Source: Candidatus Sulfomarinibacteraceae bacterium (GTDB lineage: Bacteria; Acidobacteriota; Thermoanaerobaculia; Thermoanaerobaculales; Sulfomarinibacteraceae). Taken from it: a stretch of 64,000 nucleotides of DNA. The notes beneath the pieces were generated by a model. The model was not told where the DNA came from and searched no databases. It saw nothing but the letters and a program-made list of their open reading frames with translations. This document shows positions 53,687 through 63,610 of this stretch, piece by piece. A program made the translations under genes and the position numbers. Location: the NCBI GenBank assembly GCA_963769215.1, contig CAVYKX010000019.1, positions 93,314 to 157,313 on the forward strand. Reading direction: 5' to 3'. How positions within the stretch are numbered: position 1 is the stretch's first letter; the number at the start of each line of letters is the position of its first letter.

Positions 53687-56583
53687 ATGAACACCGACGT
53701 CTCCAAACGGTCCGGTCTCGGCTGTCTCGGCTGCTTCTCGATCATCTGCCTGACCTTCGTCCTGTTGGTGGAGCTGGCGGTTGTGTGGTGGTTGAACCCG
53801 ACGTGGTTCGACCGCGTGGCGTTCTGGCAAGGGCCCATCATCCCACCCGATGTGATCCTCGAGGAGGACCCCGGTGCGCGCGCAGTTCTGGAAAAGGAAA
53901 TCGCCGCGTTGCAAAAACACACTCGTCCGAAGATCATTGGCTCACAGCCGGTGTTGATCGAGGGCAACGCGGTCGAGACAGATTATGATCCGGCCAGGGG
54001 TGCGGTACTTGAGACGAAGGAAGGCGCGACGGTGCGTTTTCCACCAGGAGTTCTACCGCGACCAGGCCAGGATTCGGTTGACTCCGGTTGCTTCATTGCC
54101 TGACGAGGCCCTTATGGCGGGTTTCAGCAGGTCAGGCCTACCGTCATACCACATCCTGGTCGATGGCAAAGAGCACTCTCAATTCAATCGGCCGGTGAGT
54201 GTTTCCCTCCCTTTCAATCCTGATGCCGTGGAAAACCCTGATGACCTTTCAAAGGTGGCGGTCCACGTGTGGTCGGACGGCCGCTGGCATCGGTTTCCCT
54301 CTCGCGTCGACGTGACTCGACGAATCGTGACCGGCGACATCGGTTTCTCATCGGTCATCAGCGGCGGAGGCTTCTCGGAAACCATGGTCTGGCAGGTGGG
54401 CGGGCGCATTCTCCGTATGTCGTCGGCGGTGGCGGTGGGGCGTACGTCGTTTCGCCGCAGTTTCGAGAGTTCTTGACTAGCAAAAAGCTCGACAAGATAC
54501 ATGAGACGACGCATTTCAGAATTCACTACACCGATACGGGAGGGAATGCCGTGCCAGCCACGTCGCCTGTCGCGCCTGCGACACCGGTGGCAGGGAAGCC
54601 AGACATGGTCGTGGCAATCGGCGAGTTTCTGGAGACAAGCTTCAGCGGGTTGGGGAGAGTCAAGATGGCCCTTCCTCCCCCAGAAGACCTGCTCCCCGTC
54701 ATGTTGCTTCCCTTGTCGGGCCCTGGCTCGATGAGAGTTCTCGGTGACACCAACCTCGGCGGAGCCATCATGATCACGACGGCCTGGCAAGGAGCAGCCC
54801 GCCGCATCCCGGTCGGGGACTTGATGCGCGGGACGGCGTGCCACGAGCTGATTCATCTTTCTCAAGGGCAGTTCTTCTCAAATAAGGAGGCCAAGAAGGC
54901 GGGGTGGTGGTTCGAGATGACTGCGCCCTATCTTTCGGATCGAATGTGGCAAGCGCTGGGACGTCCGACCGGAGAGGTCGGCGAGTACATGTTGGTTCAA
55001 GAAGCTCGTTCTCTCCAAGACCCCGATGTTCCTGGCAACCGGAGACGATAAGTACAGGTATGCGACGTTTCTCCGTTTTCTCGAGGAACAGGGCGATGTG
55101 ATCGCGGCCGTGGAGGCGGTGAACAAAGGCGGAAGCGCGACTCCACAGAGACTCGACGCGGCGCTCCGCACGACGATGAAGAGGTCGCTGGCGGGGCTGT
55201 TTCACGATTTCGCCCTGGAGTACTTCCATTTCGATCTGTGGAGAGGTGAGATCCTCGCGCCGGATCTTCATTTCGGAAACAGCGCCATCAAACAGGCGAA
55301 CACCATGGCGCCGTACGAGCTGCCATTTGCCTTCGTGACCCGTGCGCCAACTAGTGGGGAACAGGCCGGTGTCATCGGTCAAATCAACCTTTTCGCTTCC
55401 ACGACAATTGATGCGCTCAAACCGCTGACCGCAGCCGGCCTGCCGGTACATATCCAGGTCATGCCGGAGAACAGACGAGGAAAGCTGATTTTCCTCTTTG
55501 AACCGCTCGGTCCGCTCAATCTCGACCTCACGGCATCCTACGTCGCCGCCACGGTAGGCGCCGCGTTGCCCGCGCAGGGAGAGACGCGCGGGACGCCCGT
55601 ATCGATCGAGTTGAAACGACCGTCATCCCAGGTCGAGGTGCGGAACATCGCCTCGCCAGGTGGATTCGATCGTGTAAACGTCGTCGTCAGCAATGGGTCA
55701 CTGGACACTTCGGCGCCTCGTCTCAGGGTCAGTCGCTGGGCCCTATTGGCCCCCGAGTGGGTGCGGTCGAGCGAAGAGCCCGGATCGTGGTCTTGGCAGG
55801 TGAGGCTGGAAAAAAAGTGGCTTGAAGGATCCGAAAATTCCGAAGGAGGTCTTCAGCCATTACGAGGTGTGGGAGCGGTTGGCGAGCGAACCGTACGAGG
55901 CCTTCCGATGGGCAAAAGATGTGCGAAAGCCCGATAGCCACGAGAAACCATCTACAAAACGTCGACATGTACGACGGCCAGGACCGGGTCTTTTCTGTGC
56001 TCGTGGTGGACGGGCATGGCAACAAGAGCGCCCTGTTCGAGCCGGAGGATACTGATCCGTTCCAGGGCATCTGGGAGGTACTGTTCGGCTGACCTCGGGA
56101 TCGGCGGTGAAGCCGGTGGTCACTTTCATGCGCCAGGCAGCGGTGGCGTTTCCCTACAACCAGCGAATGCTCGAGATCAGCAGAATGACTCGTGGTGCCG
56201 ATCAAGCGGCCCACGAGTGGGCGGAGTGGCGCCAGATGCGTGATTCCATGATTGACCGGTCAAGAGTTCGGGAGGTTCGTCGAGTTCGGCCTCCGGTTCG
56301 GGGTGCCGGTCACCTGCGAGCTGTTCCGGGTGGACAACAAGTACTCGGTGGTCGTCCGCGAGATTGGTAAGAAAAAGGTCTTCATGCGTGAGGACGCGGC
56401 GATTCCGCTCCGATAACGTTGCCAACAACACCCTTGCTCTTGATCAGCAAGACATCGCCATTCAACTTGAGAAGCAACCACAGCCGTTCCGGGAGTTTGT
56501 GGTGACTGGGAAAACGTGACGGGAAAATCGTGGGGCATGTGGTCGGTGACAGCCGGACCGAGAGCGGGGGCCGTGTAGTCTGA
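53687..56583 (+). pseudogene. Paralogue B: membrane-anchored putative MA-clan (gluzincin-like) metallopeptidase, HELIH at 54842-54856 and Glu at 54914; about 8 frame breaks; 3' end uncertain (56416 or 56583)
   Basis: Begins MNTDVSKRSGLGCLGCFSIICLTFVLL... The sequence is traced through ORFs 53387, 53985, 54269, 55026, 55822 and 56107 and shifted frames. The motif TACHELIHLSQGQFFSNKEAKKAGWWFEMTAPY gives HExxH-X19-E spacing, close to the HExxH-X18-E of gluzincins. Confidence 0.5.
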
Positions 56584-56604
56584 AACGGTACGACTCGATT
56601 TTAT

Positions 56605-57431
56605 TCAGTCGATCGAAATGAGGCGGACGTTACAGCTCCGTTTCCTGCAGCCACCGCCTCTCGCAAGCATCTGAACGATGTCGTCGAATCCGTTCTGGCG
56701 CGCGATCGTCAATGCGGTCCGGCCCGAGTTGTCGCGCGCATTGGGGTCGCCGCCATAGTCGAGCATCATTTCCACGGTGTCGGGCTCGCCGGCGTCGGCC
56801 GCCTCCATCAGGGGAGTGAAGCCCTGATGATCGCGGGCGTTGGGGTCGGCGCCCGAGGTCAAGAGCACGTCGACGACCATCGGATCAATGGCGTAGTGGA
56901 GGGCGGTCCTGCCGTCCCCGTCGGTTCCGTTGACATCGGCCCCGGCGGCGGCCAGGGTGCCGACGATGTCGATGTCTCCGCTGAGCACCGCCATGACCAG
57001 CGGGATCTGGCCATTTTCGTCGCGGGCATTGGGGTCGGCGCCGCGGCCGATCAAATCGAGGACCCGCTGGACAGGGCCCTCGAGCGCGGCTGCGATGAGC
57101 TCATCGGTGCTCGCCCGGGAAGAACCGTGGCTTCTTCGACGGCCTGGTAGACCTGCTCTCCGAGGTCGCCCGTCTCGGCGCCCGTGCCCAGGTCGATCGC
57201 CATCGTCTGAGTGCCATCGGCGGGAATTTGCTGCCTCGCCTGGGGCGGGCGCTGAGGTTGATGGCGAACTTCCTCTGCGGCCTGCTCCCGCACGTCGATC
57301 CCCTGAGGAGAACTGCTCGCCTCGTTTTCCCCGACGTACCGTTCGGGAGGATTGTCTGCTTGGCTCTCGTCCGCGTACGGGTCTTCATACGTGGAACCCG
57401 CTTCGTTTTCCGAATCCGCCGGATCCCGCAT
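56605..57431 (-). CDS. Ankyrin-repeat protein with acidic N-terminal region; frame break near 57110
   Basis: ORF 56605..57054 has 3-4 ankyrin repeats (GADPNARDENGQIPLVMAV, GADVNGTDGDGRTALHYA, GADPNARDHQGFTPLMEAA, GGDPNARDNSGRTALTIA). The upstream part is in ORF 57051..57431. Confidence 0.7.
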
Positions 57432-58146
57432 TGACAGCCTCGTTCAATGAGGAGTAGGTCGTACCCTCGTTTTCATAACCCGAGGCCAGATTGGATGCGG
57501 ACCGGCTGATGAAGCGGTATCCGGCTACGGCAATGATCAGCATGACCACCACCGCAGCCACGCCGACGATAGCGACGACCGGTTTGGGCATTCCTGAAGC
57601 CGCGCTTGGCACCGCCGCGACAGCCTGGGGGATGGCCTGGCCGCATTCGCCGCAAAAGGCATCGTCGGTTCCGATGCCTGCGCCGCATGACGGGCAGCTC
57701 GTGGGCCGCTCCGCCGGTGGGGGAGTGGATGTGTCGGCGGTTTGGCGGGGGGCCGAGGGTGCCGCACTCTGTGCCCCGCTGAAGGCGAGATAGGCCGGCA
57801 CCGCGAGTCCCACGACCGGGACGATGAACAACAGTCCGATCCAGCCCGGTTTGCCCAACACCTTGGCGATGTCCATCCACAGGACAACGATTACGACGAA
57901 ATTGACCAATGGGACGAGTGCGAGCACGATCCACCAGTCGGGGCGCCGGGCGATGCGGCACATGAGCACGAAGTTGAGCACCGGCACCCAGGCCATCCAG
58001 GGGTTCGGGACGCCGGCCCGTTTGGCGATCAGCATCAGCATGGCGCAGAAGTATGCGTAGAAGAGCAGGCCGAAGATCATCATGGTCCCGAAAGCGGCTC
58101 CGAGACCGGGCAGAGCATCGACACCGGATTGCGGCAGCGTCTCCAT
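57385..58146 (-). CDS. Membrane protein (DUF5684-like TM bundle) + zinc ribbon + extra TM; possibly the N-terminal part of the ankyrin protein
   Basis: 253-aa ORF with PNPWMAWVPVLNFVLMCRIARRPDWWIVLALVPLVNF, CPSCGAGIGTDDAFCGECG and VVAIVGVAAVVVMLIIAVAG. Its 3' end overlaps the next ORF in another frame. Confidence 0.55.
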   Translation of the reverse strand: METLPQSGVDALPGLGAAFGTMMIFGLLFYAYFCAMLMLIAKRAGVPNPWMAWVPVLNFVLMCRIARRPDWWIVLALVPLVNFVVIVVLWMDIAKVLGKPGWIGLLFIVPVVGLAVPAYLAFSGAQSAAPSAPRQTADTSTPPPAERPTSCPSCGAGIGTDDAFCGECGQAIPQAVAAVPSAASGMPKPVVAIVGVAAVVVMLIIAVAGYRFISRSASNLASGYENEGTTYSSLNEAVNAGSGGFGKRSGFHV

Positions 58147-58302
58147 CGTGACCCCCTTGCTGTGAGTGAATCGATTTTATGGGCATTTGCAGCTATTGCA
58201 AGTATGGCTTCGTTTTTAAAGACAGATTCTCAATCGCAGATATGATTCTGGCACATGTATGATGACCGTACAGAACATGAAAGACATCGGGAGGACGGGT
58301 CG

Positions 58303-59445
58303 ATGAGACGCTGGAATCACTTTGCACTTCTCTGTGTCGCCGTGATCGTGGGATCGAGCGTTGGCCCATGCTCCGCTGAGCAGTGGTCCGATCTCGGCAT
58401 CAAAGCCAAGGATGTGTCCGTCTCCGGCGCCACAATGTGGGTCATCGGAGAGGATGACCGGGTGTACTTCGCCACGAGCTCCGGCTGGCAGCCGCATGCA
58501 ACGGTACTGACCGGCGCAACGGTCATCGATGTCGGGCCGGATCAAAAACCGGTGGTGGCCGGTCCGTCGGGCTGGAAGATATACAAGAGCAACGGCTCGA
58601 GCTGGTACGAGATCCCCGGCGCCACCGCATCCAGGATTTCAGTGGACGCCCAGAACCGTCCGTGGATCTCGTGGGGCGGTGGCCGGCACTTCCACTACTA
58701 CGACGGCCAGGGGTGGAAGAACGCCAACATCGGCTACGGGTTGGGGATCGAGAGCAATGCCGCCGGCGTCATGGCCGCCATTGGAAACGGCGAAGGGCCA
58801 CATCGAATCACCAACGGCACGTGGCAGAACCTGGGTGCGCAGAGTGGCATGAGAGTCGTCGACCTCGACATCGATGGCCGTGGCTATGTGTGGGTGGCCG
58901 ACAACGGGGGCAATCTCTTGAGCTACGACGGCAGCCAGTGGCGGCGGCACCAGCCGCCCCAGGGAGCGGTCCGGGTGTCGGTCTCCGAAGCCGGTCAGCC
59001 GGTGGTGCTCGGGCGCGACGCCCGCGTCTATATCTGCACGGACTGCGTCGGCCAGGTGGCGCCACCGCCGCCCCAGCCGACCGTCGCCCCGCCGCAGGTC
59101 AACCGCCCGCCCAACGCCCCAACCGTAGAACCGGGAGGGTTTGAGCCTCCGTTCCCCATCGGCTACGAGGGGGCGATCCACCTCTCGTGGCGAAACAACG
59201 GCGACCCGGACGGCGACCCTCTCGCGTTCTGGATCGAGATCTGGTTCTGGCATCCGACCCAGGGACAGTGGGTCCAGATGAGGAGTGAATGGGTGACCGG
59301 GACCACCACCTACACCTTGACCATCAACAACGGCCTGGTGGCGAATATCCACTATGCGTGGCGGGTGGCCGCGTGCGACACTGGCCGCAGAAGTGATCCG
59401 TGGTTTGTCTGGAGCAACTACTCCGTTTTCAAGACCGCCCAGTGA
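58303..59445 (+). CDS. Secreted beta-propeller repeat protein (tectonin-like W-x-G repeats) with proline linker and FN3-like C-terminal domain
   Basis: GGGAGG then ATG at 58303. Signal peptide MRRWNHFALLCVAVIVGSSVGPCSA. Repeats of the type W..(I/L)G....VS.....WV.G.D..VY recur about 6 times. The linker is PPPPQPTVAPPQVNRPPNAP and the C-terminus is ...HLSWRNNGDPDGDPLAFWIEIW...YAWRVAACD. Confidence 0.5.
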   Translation: MRRWNHFALLCVAVIVGSSVGPCSAEQWSDLGIKAKDVSVSGATMWVIGEDDRVYFATSSGWQPHATVLTGATVIDVGPDQKPVVAGPSGWKIYKSNGSSWYEIPGATASRISVDAQNRPWISWGGGRHFHYYDGQGWKNANIGYGLGIESNAAGVMAAIGNGEGPHRITNGTWQNLGAQSGMRVVDLDIDGRGYVWVADNGGNLLSYDGSQWRRHQPPQGAVRVSVSEAGQPVVLGRDARVYICTDCVGQVAPPPPQPTVAPPQVNRPPNAPTVEPGGFEPPFPIGYEGAIHLSWRNNGDPDGDPLAFWIEIWFWHPTQGQWVQMRSEWVTGTTTYTLTINNGLVANIHYAWRVAACDTGRRSDPWFVWSNYSVFKTAQ

Positions 59446-59462
59446 CGGATCGGGAGGCGACG

Positions 59463-60605
59463 ATGAATGGGAAGATCGATCGGACCGAGACGACGAGACC
59501 GGTTCCTCTGCTGCTTGCATTGATCGTGGCGAGCTGTGTCCTCTGCCTGCCGGCCATAGCCGGTGCCGACGACTGTAGGGTGGGCTACGACGACTGTGGA
59601 CCGGGCATGCAGTGCATCATTTGCGCCCGAGGGCCCGTGTGCGCAGTGGCCCCCGCCGTGTGCTGTGCCGACTTCGTGTGCGGCGCCGGTATGATTTGCA
59701 TGAACTGCCCCGGGAGAACGGCGTGTGCGGTGCCGCCGGCCGAGTGCTGCGGATCGGCCATCTGCGGCGCCGGAATGCGGTGTCGTCAGAACACCAACGG
59801 CCAGTTCCGCTGCACGGTCGTGACTCAGAATGATCCGCCGCCGGCGCCTCCGGGCGCGCCGCCAGGGCCACCACCCGGAGGACCTCCCGGCCCACCGCCC
59901 GGGCCGCCCCCGCCGACTCCGCGGTCCGCGCCACCGACCCCGACGGCCGCCGCCCCTCCGCAACCTCCGCCGACACCGCAACCGGAGACGGCCTCGATGA
60001 CCGGCAAGATCGACATGAGCGCCATCCAGGATCCGGAGATGCGGCGCCAGCTCGAGGCGGCGTTGGCCACCATCGGCGACCCGCAACCCGGAGGCACCGC
60101 TGCACCAGCCGCTCCGCCGACGAACCAACCGCCGCCACCACCGCCGGCGCCCGCCGCAGCCCCAGGATCTTCGACCATCACCATGCCGCCGTCGACCGGC
60201 GCTCCACCACCACCACCCCCGGTCGCCTCGCCGCCACCAGGCACCGGAAGTGCCCAGCCGTCCGGAGGTGGATCCCTCGCGAGCGGCGAGTACACCTTGC
60301 GGGGCAGCTACCAGATGAAGTGCTATTCCATGAGCGCGCTGCCGATGTCCGGGAGCTTCGATCTCGCGGTCAATGCGTCCACGGTCAAGGGGCTCCTCCA
60401 CCACGAAAACCAGGCCCTTGCGGCCGAGGGCACCGTGACGGCCGATGGCCAAATCAGGGTGGCCGCAATGGACGCCATCGTCATGACCGGCCAGGTCAAC
60501 CCGTCAGGCGCGGACGCCTCGCTCACCGGCAGAGGCGAGATCAAGAGCGAGTCGACCATGTTGGGTGAGTCCTACTCGTGCAGCGGTACCTGGAGCAGCG
60601 AGTAG
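59463..60605 (+). CDS. Secreted protein: three Cys-rich about 25-aa repeats + two long polyproline linkers + about 110-aa C-terminal domain
   Basis: GGGAGG then ATG at 59463. Signal/TM segment PVPLLLALIVASCVLCLPAIAG. The repeats are DCGPGMQCIICARGPVCAVAPAVCC, DFVCGAGMICMNCPGRTACAVPPAECCG and SAICGAGMRCRQNTNGQFRC. The frame is intact. Confidence 0.55.
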   Translation: MNGKIDRTETTRPVPLLLALIVASCVLCLPAIAGADDCRVGYDDCGPGMQCIICARGPVCAVAPAVCCADFVCGAGMICMNCPGRTACAVPPAECCGSAICGAGMRCRQNTNGQFRCTVVTQNDPPPAPPGAPPGPPPGGPPGPPPGPPPPTPRSAPPTPTAAAPPQPPPTPQPETASMTGKIDMSAIQDPEMRRQLEAALATIGDPQPGGTAAPAAPPTNQPPPPPPAPAAAPGSSTITMPPSTGAPPPPPPVASPPPGTGSAQPSGGGSLASGEYTLRGSYQMKCYSMSALPMSGSFDLAVNASTVKGLLHHENQALAAEGTVTADGQIRVAAMDAIVMTGQVNPSGADASLTGRGEIKSESTMLGESYSCSGTWSSE

Positions 60606-60764
60606 CGGGGGTCAGGCATTCTCCTCCGTACGCGCCGGCCGTTGGACATGACCGATGAAGGGAGCTTTATCGCAGTGCAATTTTTCGAAGAGTAAACGCA
60701 ATCCAAGGACTCGTGACACCGAAGATTTTGGGAGCACGCATCACCCTCGTGAGTTGGAGGCAAC

Positions 60765-61244
60765 ATGGTCGACGACAATCTGGGCTTTTTCCGAGTTGAA
60801 ATCGAAATGGCGCTCGAGGGTGTGGTGGAAATCGACGCCGATGACGAGGGCTCTGTGAAAATGGCGAATGGGTACTACCAGCTCTTCGGCGTAACGGGAT
60901 CGAGCTATGCCGAAGCGGTGGCCTTTGTCGAGAATGCCCTCGCCGAGATCGTGACGGCCGAAACTCAGGCCCCCGGGTGGCTGGTCCAGCTGCAGGTCGA
61001 CACCTGGAGCGAGCCCGCCTCAGACGAGGAGGGGGAATTCCTTCAAGACCCCTCGTCGCGCGGGGTGCACTTCATTTCCGACCGCGCGTATTTTCTGGCG
61101 CTCGACGAACCGGATGACCTGACATATCCCTCCCATCGGTGCCAGGGAAAACAAAGCCGGCAGACGCGACCGTTCAACTTGAGACCTTCCAACGATAAAA
61201 GGGTCTGGTCTGGGTTACCATTGTGGCCGAGAACCCGACAATGA
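60765..61244 (+). CDS. Hypothetical small acidic protein directly upstream of, and overlapping, STK3
   Basis: 159-aa ORF with a GGAGG RBS. A truncated paralogue lies at 44838. No family recognised. Confidence 0.4.
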   Translation: MVDDNLGFFRVEIEMALEGVVEIDADDEGSVKMANGYYQLFGVTGSSYAEAVAFVENALAEIVTAETQAPGWLVQLQVDTWSEPASDEEGEFLQDPSSRGVHFISDRAYFLALDEPDDLTYPSHRCQGKQSRQTRPFNLRPSNDKRVWSGLPLWPRTRQ

Positions 61245-63608
61245 AGGACCTCATCGGTCGCACGCTCGGCCGCTACCGCATCGTCGAGAAGATCGGCGCA
61301 GGCGGGATGGGTGTGGTCTACCGAGCCCGCGACGAACGGCTCGATCGAGATGTCGCGATCAAAGTGCTGCCGCGAGGAGGTCGCGAGACGCCGATCGGGT
61401 CGCCCGGTTCAAGCGCGAGGCCAGGCCGTCGCCCAGCTCGACCACCCGAACATCCTCGCGATCCACGACTTCGGAACCGACGAGGGGGTGAGCTACGCCG
61501 TGACCGAGCTCCTCGAGGGCAACAATCTCCGCGAGGGAATTCCGGCCTGGGGAATCGGTGGCAGAAGGCGGTCGAGATCGGCTCCGCGGTCGCCGAAGGG
61601 CTGGCCGCAGCGCACGGCACGGACATCGTCCACCGAGACCTCAAACCCGAGAACATCTTCCTCACCACGGACGGGCGCGTCAAGATCCTCGACTTCGGTT
61701 TGGCCCAGATGAGAGAACGGTCGACGAGGATGCCGAGACGCTCACGATCACACCGGCCGGCACCGTGGCCGGGACCGTCATGGGCACCGTCGGATACATG
61801 GCCCCGGAGCAGGTGAAGGGTGAGCCGTCCGACGCCCGGTCCGACATCTTCGCTTCGGGTGCCTGCTGTACGAGATGGTGTCGGGGCAGCAGGCCTTCCG
61901 GCGCAACAGCACCGCCGAGATCCAGGCGGCGATCCTCAAGGAGGAGCCGCCGTCGCTGACGTCCTCGGCGTCGCCCTCCCGCCGAGCTCGAGCGGACGAT
62001 CCGGCGCTGCCTCGAGAAGACTCCGGAAGCGCGTTTCCAGTCGGCTTCCGACCTCGCCTATAACCTCAAGTCGATCTCGACCGACCAGGCCGTTCCGGTG
62101 GCGGCACCGGCAGAAGCGAACAAGAAATGCTCGTGACGGTGCTGCCGCCGTAGTGGGTCGTGGCGGTGGTCGCCATTCTCCTGGTCACTGGGAAATTCGG
62201 TTTCGATCGGTCGGGCCGGACCAGCCCGCGATTCGCTCGATCGCGATCCTTCCCCTGCAGAACCTGACCGGCGACCCGGAGCAGGCCTACTTCGTCGACG
62301 GCCTGCACGAGGAGCTGATCGCCACCTTCGCCCAGATTTCCGCCTTCGACAAAGTGATTGCTCGTACCTCGGTGCTGGCATTCAGGGACTCCGGTACTCC
62401 GGTTCGTGAGATCGGCAGACAGCTCGGGGTTGATCTGGTCGTCGAAGGGTCGGTGCGGCGCTCCGGAAACACGGTGCGCACGACCGTGCAGCTGATCGAC
62501 GCGAGACCGAGAACCACCTGTGGGCAACAGCTTCGAGCGCGACCTCACCGATATCCTGGCGCTGCAGAGTGACGTTGCCCGGGCGGTCGCTAACGAGGTC
62601 GAGCTGGCGCTGACGCCCGAGGACAAGGCACGCCTCGCAAGTGCCCCCCAGGTCAATCCCGAGGCCTATGAGGCCTATCTCAAGGGCATGTCTCACCTGT
62701 ACAAGCTGACTCCACCGGATCTCGATGCCGCGCTGCACTACTTCGAACAATCTCTGGAAAACGATCCCGATTATGCTCTTGGGCTATGCAGGGGTATCGT
62801 TCGTCTGGGTCGGCCGCCAACAAATGGGATTGGTCATCCCCAGCGAAGCGACGCCGAAAGCGAAGGCGGCGGCACAGAGGGCCCTCGAACTGGATGACAC
62901 GCTGCCGGAGGTTCACTACACGTGGGCTGCCATCAAAACATGGAGCGACTGGGACTGGGAGGGAGGAGAGCAGGAATTCAAGCGGGCCCTCGAACTCAAA
63001 CCGAACTTTGCGGAAGCGCTCGTGTACTACTCGCACCTGTTGTGTTACATGGGTCGTCTGGATGAAGCGCTGGAAATGGCAGAGAGAGCCGTACAGCTGG
63101 ATCCGCTCAACTCGATCATCCTGACGATCTCTGGAGTCACCTTCGGGTACCTGGGCCGTTATGACGAAGCCATCGAGCGGCACAAACAGGCCCTCAGGAC
63201 ATCACCCAATGATCCCGTAGCTCATAATTCGCTCTGGGAAACCTATTACAAAAAGGGAATGTATGAGGAATCTCTGAATTCAGCCAAAGCGTTTTTCACA
63301 GGACTGGGCTTGAATGAGATCGCGGAAGTCATGGCACAGGGATATGAGGAAGATGGCTACGGTGGGGCGATGATGTCCGCAGCCGAGACCATGGAGGCGT
63401 TTTCGAAGCAGACCTATTTTTCACCCACGTTCATTGCCATGATCTATGCCTTGGCTGGGGATCGCGAGAAAACCATCGAATGGCTCGAGATGGGATATGA
63501 AATGAAAGACCCCAACATGCCGTATGCTGGGTTCATTCTTTCGATCTCCTGGACGATGACCCGCGGTACCAGGACCTGCTCCGGCGGATGAACCTCCCGG
63601 ACGACTGA
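61223..63608 (+). pseudogene. Ser/Thr protein kinase + TM + TolB-N-like + TPR region (STK3), at least 8 frame breaks; kinase domain closely paralogous to STK1
   Basis: Pieced together from ORFs 61223, 61311, 61558, 61875, 61820, 62520 and 62725 and a final shift to ...DDPRYQDLLRRMNLPDD* (63608). Kinase motifs [24 protein letters not shown] and GYMAPEQ are present, as is IAILPLQNLTGDPEQAYFVDGLHEELI. Confidence 0.75.
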
Positions 63609-63610
63609 AG

